Source of the DNA: a virus | Direction: 5' to 3' (one strand) | Virus record (IMG/VR): IMGVR_UViG_3300032315_001604 | Span: 131,164 to 195,163 of that record | Length of the DNA: 64,000 nt | In this document: piece after piece, positions 30,401 through 39,200 of the stretch | Numbering within the stretch: the first letter of the stretch is position 1 | Layout: the number at the start of each line of letters is the position of its first letter | Translations under genes and position numbers: made by a program | Notes under the pieces: generated by a model | Seen by the model: only the letters and a program-made list of their open reading frames with translations | Told to the model about the DNA's origin: nothing | Database searches by the model: none

Positions 30401-30887
30401 AACCGATGATAATTTATTGGTTACAGGAACTGTAAGTGCTGTTAATTTTATATCATCAAATGGAATTACACCAGTAGCAGTTTCTATTCCATTTAACTTT
30501 AGAGGAGAGTTGGGTACATTGTGGCCTTCTAATTTAACAGTTCCATATGGGTATAGATTTGTCATCACAGGCACAGGACCAGTTGCTTTTTTTGAAACAG
30601 TAGTTGGAAGTGCTCCAGCAGGTAACTATCCACAAGTGCAACTTATAAGAACCCCCACAGCAGGAAGCGGTATTGTGACAGGAACATACTTTGGGGATGC
30701 AGTATCTACTATCATTGCTGGTGAATTTACAAATAGAACTTTTGGTTCACCAACTTCTGTTAGAGCATCAGCACAAGCTGGAGATACGGTTCGCGCACAG
30801 ATTACTGTAGGCTCAACTATAACAGGATATACAACATTATCTGGAAAATTGATATTCAATGGAGTATTAATCCCAACAAACATTTAA
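27483..30887 (+). CDS. Tail fibre/adhesin with beta-helix and YadA-head-like SHAEG repeats
   Basis: About 10 AISAYG..GAEIYS repeats, GFVGINTATP, more than 10 SHAEG repeats, GNVGIGT. Confidence 0.8.
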   Translation: MSNRFHNKWHRKNHHTYGNASNPDAAHDPIASKDQPFLGEFVLQGALCAVAPMSAFAGYFYSNFTGLCAFAGYRAIQAKAFSFPGGDSIGLQVDSQNIAISAYAPWVGLNVYSMTHAISAYGKGRGAFIGSDIKGAEIEGGSIGAEIYSDNKAISANGFLMGAEIYSNRRAISAYGSYTAAELYGAVRAISAMSPNLGIEVYSNNRAISAYGTSIGLETASPQVALSAYSPKIAIRAYAPIYTQNSDGVRALDVRGFSFFDGDVTISGNLTAAGALTYLDTKVQITSSLYVKNEGTDTACTVIQTGNVPVAHFYDDSNSAFFIDGSTTAPGFVGINTATPNQRLTVVGNISGYSDEVSFNASRASGRWSFASGTSRATNNLSNAEGSSTLASGIASHSQGIRAVASGEASHAAGFETLASGQYATSIGIVTSATTQYSFAGGVNSIVKDRYNGFAFGNTNRVTHDSAVALGGNANLASGPRAHSSGSSGSIASGYESYTEGTRTGTGNRVPFQSYNPVTKTFTFSPANSALFFGQFYGNLQVTLRGCITGGGLGSFHEGDFFDIQVQPNSEAAVTPFNTLSALGVYPLSGGEITWSIGSGKGWIQNGSGWESHAEGYESVASGFRSSHAEGVRTLARGDNGSHSEGYETVASGRFGSHAEGYETVASGYYGSHAEGEFTEAFGNSSHAEGSGTIAGGEDSHAEGQNTSASGIASHAEGNGTTASGDYSHAEGSNTRASGIASHAENALTLASGDASHAEGYQTRARGYASHAAGYKSETPYDYSYAWSGDNTLVRNVSSSLPRQYFIYAPSGVYVPLGMVGIGTGTDYPNNNYGFPLTVNGGISSKGLRLWDNSQLIFGYYPSSNDGAAIFYQPEAADRGTLTIQTIDNADSKIVLRQFDQTSTNNYNRLIVGSDGNVGIGTGTATAIDTFNTTLAVYGTLSSYNSYVGEKLYFGSSTTPDVNLYKSAASTLKTDDNLLVTGTVSAVNFISSNGITPVAVSIPFNFRGELGTLWPSNLTVPYGYRFVITGTGPVAFFETVVGSAPAGNYPQVQLIRTPTAGSGIVTGTYFGDAVSTIIAGEFTNRTFGSPTSVRASAQAGDTVRAQITVGSTITGYTTLSGKLIFNGVLIPTNI

Positions 30888-30926
30888 AATACTTTATTTT
30901 TTAGGTTTTTCTATTAAGTATTAATA

Positions 30927-31601
30927 ATGTTAGAATTTGGCACAGATATATTATTAAGATCCGCTACAAATAATACAGTATTAACTGGTTATGCTCCTTT
31001 TACTTTAAGTATTAATCCATCAGCAATAACTCCCCCAGTAGGTCGTAAAATTTACAAAATAGAATATATTTTTGATGATTTGGAAACAAAAGTACAATCT
31101 TTGTTTATTGCTCCTACAGGTAACACAAATTTAGCTTTTAATTTTGAAGTTGGTGATCCTAGAAATTATAAACAGAAAAAAACTTTTTATTTACCAAATG
31201 TTTATAAAAAAGATTATCAAATTACATCTAAAACATATTTTATAGGTGTATCAAATCCAACAACAATTTCTTTTTATCTAAGTTTATCTGCACCAGTAAT
31301 GGACGGTACATTAAATGGATTTTTTAGTTCTGTAAATTTAGTACACAGTAGAATGTTTGGTATAGATAATAATATTTTATATGTATTTGAAACAAAAAAT
31401 CCTGATTATTTTATACCTGTTATTTTTAATTGGAAATCAAGACCTGTTGTACCAGAGCCTATAGTCATTGATGAAGGGTATAGACCATTTAGATTATTTG
31501 AACCATACGAAGATCAAAGATCAACAAATATCTATACGAATATAGATTTTGTAAACGAACAAGGAAATTATGATGATGCACCTGAATATCCGCATTATTA
31601 A
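30927..31601 (+). CDS. Hypothetical virion-associated protein
   Basis: TAAGTA at 30915-30920; within the structural cluster. Confidence 0.6.
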   Translation: MLEFGTDILLRSATNNTVLTGYAPFTLSINPSAITPPVGRKIYKIEYIFDDLETKVQSLFIAPTGNTNLAFNFEVGDPRNYKQKKTFYLPNVYKKDYQITSKTYFIGVSNPTTISFYLSLSAPVMDGTLNGFFSSVNLVHSRMFGIDNNILYVFETKNPDYFIPVIFNWKSRPVVPEPIVIDEGYRPFRLFEPYEDQRSTNIYTNIDFVNEQGNYDDAPEYPHY

Positions 31602-31609
31602 TTTTATAT

Positions 31610-32329
31610 ATGACTAAATTTGAAAAAAATAATGAAATTGGAGAATTGTGGTTAAGAACACCATCAGGTGCAATTTATCCAGCAACTTCCGCATTATCCG
31701 CAGTGTATTCAAAATATAAAATTGTAGATAGTACTTTTTATTCAGAATTATCAAACAACCAAATCAAAAAATTTGATTTTTTCTATGATGTTGTGTTTGT
31801 AGAAACAAACTCAGGACATATCTTTGATAAAATAGAAATAGTAGATAACCGTATTGTTCCTGTAAATCAGGACAATAGATTTTTTGATACTAGAAATCAA
31901 CCCGCTTTTCCTGATTATTGGTTAGACGAAACCAATAAAAAAATATATAATGTAATCAATAAAATTTATAGCTGGACTTTAAGTTCTACACATATAGATG
32001 TTATTGTAGAACAGTTTGATATTGTTAGAAATCTTTTTAGTTTAAAGTTAAATTATCAAATAAATTTAAATTTTGGTCAAAACATATATGGTTCTAAACC
32101 AATATTAGAACCACCAAAAATAACATATAATATTGATACTAAAACTTTTAATGTATCATTTATTTTTAGAGGACCAAACAAGGATTTTGGATTAATTAGC
32201 ACCAACTTAATTAAAGAACAATTTTTAAATGTATCTGAAGTTTATAGTATTTTGCCGTATACGAGTTCTAAAAATATGACTGTTGATATAATAGAACAAA
32301 AAACTTTAGAAACAGATTTTTATAGTTAA
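31610..32329 (+). CDS. Hypothetical virion-associated protein
   Basis: Tightly packed ORF within the structural cluster. Confidence 0.6.
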   Translation: MTKFEKNNEIGELWLRTPSGAIYPATSALSAVYSKYKIVDSTFYSELSNNQIKKFDFFYDVVFVETNSGHIFDKIEIVDNRIVPVNQDNRFFDTRNQPAFPDYWLDETNKKIYNVINKIYSWTLSSTHIDVIVEQFDIVRNLFSLKLNYQINLNFGQNIYGSKPILEPPKITYNIDTKTFNVSFIFRGPNKDFGLISTNLIKEQFLNVSEVYSILPYTSSKNMTVDIIEQKTLETDFYS

Positions 32330-32343
32330 GTATTATAAATAAA

Positions 32344-35300
32344 ATGGAAACTGCTGTAAAAGAATTATCATCAATTTATAGTTACCCTGTTAATTTTTAT
32401 TTAGCAGGAGATAAATTTGTTTGTAAACAAACACCCTTTTATTTCAGTAATGATTTTTATTGTAATATTCATTCTTTTTTAAAAGAAGCAGAAGATGTTA
32501 AATTTAATAAAAAAACAGGTTTATTTTTAACAAATTTGTTATCTAGTGTAGAAATTTTTAAAGACAAAGAACTTCCAGCAAATACTGAAAATTTATCTTA
32601 TATTGAAACACCGATATCACATCCTCTTTTATGGGTTGTTTCATTATCAGGAACACCACCTTTTAAAAAACTAGCATTATATCCTAAAAAAGATTTTAAC
32701 GAAAGTGATAAGATTAAGTTTGTCTTTAATGAAGACAACACTGTAACTGTTGAATCACAAGAAGGCACGATCTTAACACACAATGATACAGTAGGAACAA
32801 ATAGTTTATTTTTTACAAATAAAGAAACTCCTATACCCGCTACACAAAAATTTGATTATTTGTTAAGTGATCAATCAATTATATTATATAAATACGGTTC
32901 AAATTATGGAATTACTGTTCGAAAAGGTTCGAATAATATATACGAATTAAGCAGTTCTATACCTAACAGAAACATTCCCACACCACAAGATATAATTTTA
33001 AACTTTTTATCATTTAAAAATGAGACATATGAATTTGATACAGTAGAAAACAGTTATTTGGTCAGATATGTTTCAAGTCCTTTAATAAGCCAAAAAGATA
33101 TTACACCAACCGAAGATTCTGCAAAAGAAGCATATAATCAAAACTATATGTCTTTATTTCCAGTAGAAAATCCTATCATCGAAAACGAAGTAGCAACATA
33201 TGATTTACATATACACGGTTTAAAAAATTATCAAACACCAGAATATAACTATAGTAAAGGCGCGAAATATATTCCTAGTTCTTCTTCAATTAGAAGATTA
33301 TATAGAAATATTTTTTCAGGTACTAATCAATTAAAAGGCAGTGAAAATGTATATTTAGGATATACAACAAACACTTTTGAAAAGGTGTTTGCGCCTGATA
33401 CGTATACAAGTTTTAGATATCCACCAGTATCAGAAAAAGTATTTTTACCCTTCTCTGGTTTAATTGAAGATGGATCTTACGCAGGAGAAGTTCCTTATAC
33501 ATCAGATAGAATGTACGTTAAACAAATCAATTATGAGGAAACAATACCTGGCCAGCCACAACCCGAATCTATAAAAAGACAAAATGGTACATGGTTATGT
33601 AGTTGGCTTAATGAAGGTCCATTTGGTCCTCGTTGGTTAGACCGATATTATAACTCAGCATATTACACAATAGAACAAGCTTTATCAGCTACAACAATGG
33701 TTTATAATAAAAAACTAAATCCAAATGTTGATTATGAAGTATGGGATGAACCAACGACAATGATTTTAGATCCAGGCGTACAATATTCATATTTTAGATC
33801 TGGTAAAGAAACATCAAAAGAATTTTTAAAATTTTTAAATTACGATTTTAATAAACCGTTGGGTGCAAAAGTTTTAGATATTCAAACATACCCTGCATCA
33901 GCAACTTATTTAGTAGATCAATCCAATTATAAAAACAATGGGTTGCTTTACAATAATAAATCTGAAAACTTAAAAAATTCTTATATACAATTAGACGGTA
34001 CAAATCATGCAGTTTTTCCAGCTAAAAATATTTTATTGGAACAAAACTATTTAACGCTTTCTTTATGGTTAAATGTCAATGATTGGTCAAACATCAATGG
34101 AGATCAAATTATAGGAAATTATTACGAAAGTGGTTTTGGATTAATTAACGATTCTGCAATTACTGCGCCAATTTTTACAGTTATTGACAGTACATCAGGA
34201 ATATTTTATAACTTAAATTATAAAATGATACAAGTAGATAACATATCTTTACCTACTGTTGCAAATGCACAAAATTATTTTGTGCAAAGGTTATCTGATT
34301 ATAGCTATTGGATTGTAGATGCATATAACAGAGTATTAAGAAAATATACGGTAGAAGGCAAAGTTCTTTATGAAACAACAGTACCAGACTTTAGAATAAC
34401 ATATATAGATCAAATCGAAATTGATTCTAAAGAAAACTTATATCTTTTTGATGTTAAAAGAAGCCGAATCGCTGTTGTTAATACTTTGGGAGTTGCATTT
34501 AGTTCGATACAAATAGGGTCAGAATATAAAAGAATTGAAATAAACTTAAACAATGCAATTATTCCTTCTTATGGAAACTGTTCTTGTATAGATAATGATA
34601 ACAATTTATGGGAAGTTGTTGGTGGCAATCTTTACAAAAATAGAAATATATATGCAAATTTAGGACCGATGCAGCAAATTACGTGTGATACAAGCAATAA
34701 TCTATGGCTTGTTCATCAAAAAGATAAACTTACAAAATTCAATATAAATACAGACAGATTCGAATTTACCAAAAGTATAGGAACCAACAGTTTAATCGAT
34801 GACGAATGTTTTGATTTTACAAATCAGTTTAGATTTTTAAACTTTATTAAAGCACCAAAGACAGGGGTTGAATGTAATCCAACCAACGAAAAAACTCAAG
34901 ACTTGGCGATATTCATAGATGATTGGGATAAACAAGCTTACCTTCTTACAGATGAAGGTCTTTTAGCATCAAAATTGAATTTAAATGCATTGTTCACAAC
35001 AAATTTAAATGAAATACAAGTACAAAGATCGTTTAAAGCAAACGGAGATTTTACGGGTTATCAATATCTTAGAAAATTTGGAAGATCTAATAAAAATTTA
35101 AGTTGGAAATTTAAAATTGCCGATATTAATGGACAAAGAAGCCAATTGCTTAGTTTAAGTTCTAACGTTCAAAATCTTCCTGATGGTTGGCATAATTTTG
35201 TTTTTAATTTTGATAGCGAAAAAGGTACAGCTAAATTCTATATCGATACATTTTTAGTAAATAGTGTTTCATTCGAAAAGAATAGATATCAGTTATATTA

Positions 35301-35715
35301 CGATTATCGATCATCTATTCTTTTGGGCGCATCAAATATCAAAAACACAACATTAAACGATTTAATTAAAATCGATGATGCATATAAATTTGTTGGATTA
35401 GTAGGTCCAATTATGATGTATTCTAAATCTTTAACAAAAGGTGAAATAGAACAAATTTATTATTCTTCTGAGTTTTCTATACCAAGAGGACCGTTAAAAT
35501 GGAATGTTAATATAGGAGAAAGAAACTACATAGAAGAAATTGAACATTGGTTCCAAATGCAATTACCATCAAACAAAAGCAAATACTTTAACATAAACAT
35601 TCACAATTTACCTGCTAATGATGAAGTTAAACAAGCGATAGAAACGGCTATAAAAAACAATATAGCTAAAATTAGCCCTGCTTATACTAGCTTGTATAAA
35701 ATTAATTGGTTATAA
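32344..35715 (+). CDS. Virion protein with split LamG/ConA-like domain and propeller repeats
   Basis: YIQLDGTNHAVF..LTLSLWLNV; GWHNFVFNFD..GTAKFYID; TATAAATA at 32334-32341. Confidence 0.7.
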   Translation: METAVKELSSIYSYPVNFYLAGDKFVCKQTPFYFSNDFYCNIHSFLKEAEDVKFNKKTGLFLTNLLSSVEIFKDKELPANTENLSYIETPISHPLLWVVSLSGTPPFKKLALYPKKDFNESDKIKFVFNEDNTVTVESQEGTILTHNDTVGTNSLFFTNKETPIPATQKFDYLLSDQSIILYKYGSNYGITVRKGSNNIYELSSSIPNRNIPTPQDIILNFLSFKNETYEFDTVENSYLVRYVSSPLISQKDITPTEDSAKEAYNQNYMSLFPVENPIIENEVATYDLHIHGLKNYQTPEYNYSKGAKYIPSSSSIRRLYRNIFSGTNQLKGSENVYLGYTTNTFEKVFAPDTYTSFRYPPVSEKVFLPFSGLIEDGSYAGEVPYTSDRMYVKQINYEETIPGQPQPESIKRQNGTWLCSWLNEGPFGPRWLDRYYNSAYYTIEQALSATTMVYNKKLNPNVDYEVWDEPTTMILDPGVQYSYFRSGKETSKEFLKFLNYDFNKPLGAKVLDIQTYPASATYLVDQSNYKNNGLLYNNKSENLKNSYIQLDGTNHAVFPAKNILLEQNYLTLSLWLNVNDWSNINGDQIIGNYYESGFGLINDSAITAPIFTVIDSTSGIFYNLNYKMIQVDNISLPTVANAQNYFVQRLSDYSYWIVDAYNRVLRKYTVEGKVLYETTVPDFRITYIDQIEIDSKENLYLFDVKRSRIAVVNTLGVAFSSIQIGSEYKRIEINLNNAIIPSYGNCSCIDNDNNLWEVVGGNLYKNRNIYANLGPMQQITCDTSNNLWLVHQKDKLTKFNINTDRFEFTKSIGTNSLIDDECFDFTNQFRFLNFIKAPKTGVECNPTNEKTQDLAIFIDDWDKQAYLLTDEGLLASKLNLNALFTTNLNEIQVQRSFKANGDFTGYQYLRKFGRSNKNLSWKFKIADINGQRSQLLSLSSNVQNLPDGWHNFVFNFDSEKGTAKFYIDTFLVNSVSFEKNRYQLYYDYRSSILLGASNIKNTTLNDLIKIDDAYKFVGLVGPIMMYSKSLTKGEIEQIYYSSEFSIPRGPLKWNVNIGERNYIEEIEHWFQMQLPSNKSKYFNINIHNLPANDEVKQAIETAIKNNIAKISPAYTSLYKINWL

Positions 35716-35733
35716 TTATAAATATAACATATC

Positions 35734-36207
35734 ATGAATAATAGCGATAGCAATATTAGTATAACATTTATATCTAACCAAGTTGAAAGTACTTTAGATT
35801 CAACAAGAAATTTCGGAATATTTTTAAATAAGTCATTATCTATAATTAAAATGTGTCATTGGTATACAGAAGATTATAATGCACATAAAATACTTGGAAA
35901 AGTTTATGATAATCTTTCAGATCTTTTTGATTCATTACAAGAAGAAATTATTGGAACATCCAAACAACAAGGAAAACCATTTCCTGAAATTTTTATAGAA
36001 ATAGATTTAGAAAATATACAAAACTACAGACCCGTAGAAGGTATCAATATGCAATCTTATTATAAAGCAAGTCAAGCTATTATAACGACATTAACATGTC
36101 AAGAAATGACAGCTTATACATCATCCGTAATATCAGGTATAAACAATACAAAAGAAGAAATTATTTCGGTATTAAACAATGCTAACTATTTGTTAGCTAT
36201 GATTTAA
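35734..36207 (+). CDS. Ferritin/Dps-like four-helix protein (DUF5856-type)
   Basis: CHWYTEDYNAHKILGKVYDNLSDLFDSLQEEIIG..KEEIISVLNNANYLL. Confidence 0.65.
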   Translation: MNNSDSNISITFISNQVESTLDSTRNFGIFLNKSLSIIKMCHWYTEDYNAHKILGKVYDNLSDLFDSLQEEIIGTSKQQGKPFPEIFIEIDLENIQNYRPVEGINMQSYYKASQAIITTLTCQEMTAYTSSVISGINNTKEEIISVLNNANYLLAMI

Positions 36208-39200
36208 ACTAAAATTAAATATTGTTCTATATCTAGAACTTTTGTTAAGATCGGCGTGGATGGTTTGTTTTGATCTAGTGATATATAAACATATAGTTTT
36301 TTATCTACACTACTATAGTCAATCCAGTTATAAAGATATTTGTTTATTCCTGTACTACCACACATATCAAATCCCACAGTACTTTGAATTGCTATTGACG
36401 ATGTTACATTACCATCTACATCAATTTCTATATGATTGTTATTTGGATCGTATGGAGCATTTGTGAAAGTATCATATAAAATACCAACACTATTTGGTAT
36501 ACCTTGATATCCCATACCAAAACCGCCACCACCTTCATTTGTACTATTACTTTGTAATATAAAACCAAGACCATCGGCTCTAGTTCCTCCACCCATAGAA
36601 GATATAAAATAAACAGACCAATCAATTAATTGTCCTAAATTGTTTTTAATAAAAACTGGAACATTATAGTTTACATTACCTGTTTTTCCTTGTAATGCTC
36701 TAGTTAATTTTATACTACCATTTTCAACTTCGACATCACCTAAGAATGTACTGTCATTTAAAAATTGTGTAAATTCAATAACATTAAATTCACTCGACCA
36801 TCTTGCATAATGAATCCAATGTTGATTTGTTAAAGCACCAGTTCCTGCACAGAAACCAATATATGTAGAATTTTGACCTACTATAGGTTGTGTTGGAATT
36901 ATATATGGTGTTGGCGATCCTTTGAATAAACCATACTCGTTTCCATATATATCACTTCTCCATTGTGATAATTCACCTTTGTTAACCAAAAGACCTCTTT
37001 TTCTTAAATCATAAACAGAAGCCATTAATTCTCTACGATATGTTAAAGGATAATTTTTTTCATCATTCCAAACAGCAGGATATGTATCAGTCCAAAATTC
37101 TATTTTATCATTTTGTCTAGATAATCCGTGATGATTTTTATTTAAAATTTCATATGTTGTCTGATATGGAGTAAATTTTTGATTTTCTCTTGTATTGATT
37201 AACATGCCTTTACGTTGTCCAGAATTAAATGATTCCACTAACCATCTATTATCTATAGATTTTATTGACACTGGAGCAATCTGATCTTTTTTAGTTAATC
37301 CTCTGTTTCTTCCGCCATATTTTTGTGTACTGAAAAATGTTTTTTCGGCACTTAATGTTTCAAACAAAGTAATTTGATTTTTGTCAACTTCTATTTCATA
37401 CCCCTTTCCTCTGTAAAAAGATACTCCTAAATGAATCGGTGTCAAATATCCACCATATTGTTTTTCTGAAACCAAATTTTTTGGTACAAAAACTGTAGCC
37501 AATGTCGGATAATGCATGTTTAATAAGTTTACATAAGGTTCTGTTGGTGTTACAATAGCACCAGTATTAAACACGACAAACGTATTATCACATCGATTTA
37601 TATTGTATAAATCTTGAGTATAAGTAAATGATTTTCTTGCGTAATAATTGTATCTAGACAATCTAAAATTCGAATAGCTTTCGAGAATCGTGTCACTCGG
37701 TTCATCAGAACCATATCCGTAAAAGTTAAATTCTCCGTTTTTTAATATTTCATTTAAATTATAATAATCTTTTTCAAAAACCAATTTATTCCATTGATGG
37801 TCTGATAAAGTAGAAGTCAATGTAACAGGCTGTTTCCATTCCATTGATGCGTTCTTTCTTCTAAAATACTGTATAAAATCTCCACTATTGATAACCATAG
37901 TAGAAACATCGGGCTGTCTTATTGGAACATATTCATATACAAAACGAACATTTCCTCCAAAATGGTTTGTTTCTTTTTTAAAATCATCATTTAAAACTGC
38001 AACCGATACTGCCCAATATGGTTTTGCGCCATAATCTTCACCTATATTGCTTAAACTAAATGTATTTGTATTATAGTTCCAACCATTTAATTTTGTATTG
38101 ATTGCAAAACTAATTCCACTGGTAGTAAACCCTGAATCTAAATCCTCTCCAATATAACTAATATTTTCACGGTGAACATAGATTAGATAATCTCCTGGAC
38201 TTAAAACCATATCTGAAGGTTCGTTTAAACCAATCCAAGAACCACTACTATTTCTAATTGCTTTATTCCAGCTTGGTACAACTGATGTACATTGGTTTAC
38301 AACAGCAGCTATTCTCTGAGAAAGAGAAAATTCATCACCATTTCCTTCTGTTAAATATTTTTGTAAATTAAAATAATAACCAGTACCAGAAACAATTTGT
38401 TCAATTACATTATTACTGGATGATAACAATCCTATATCTACACCATAAATTTGAATTCCAGAATTTTTTAATCTTGTTGCTTCGGGTATAACTAAATTTG
38501 CATCTATATTACTTTCGCCATCGCTTATCAACAATATTTTTTTACCACAATTTTGTGGTAGATTTAAAAGCTTGGCTTGGTCGTTATCACTCGCAACAAT
38601 TGTATTGAGATTATTACACAAATCTTGTAAATCAATTCCTGAACCACTATCAGTGGGTATTCTGTTTTTTAATAAAAATTCAGCTAATACTAAAGCATTT
38701 TTTATATTTGTTTTGTAATTTGGAGATGTTGTTGGTATTGCAAAACTTCTTAAATTAAATTCTAAAGCTCCTGATTTTTTTGTCAAATATGATACTAAAG
38801 AAGCTTCGCGGTTAAAAACAACCAAACCTATTTGTATATTTGGATTTTTTCCATTTAATAGCGTTTTTGATATTTCAATTGCTAAAGTTTTACTCTGTTC
38901 AACAGTAAGTTTTTGAGAATTACTAATATCTAACGCTATAATTAAATCATAACATCCTTGTGTCAGAGGATCTGGAGAGCATACGCCTCTTAATTCTTTA
39001 TAAGAATATTTAACAACATAATACGGTGATATAATCCCATCAGCTACTGTAGATGTTGCATCTTTTCTTAGAGAAGAACGAATATATGTATATCTTCTTC
39101 CTGTTTTTAAAATCATGGATTGATCTGTTCCTGTTTTCCAATATCCTTCACCCCAACCAACTTTCGAATCTCCTTTTGTTAATTTATAAAAAGAAAACTG

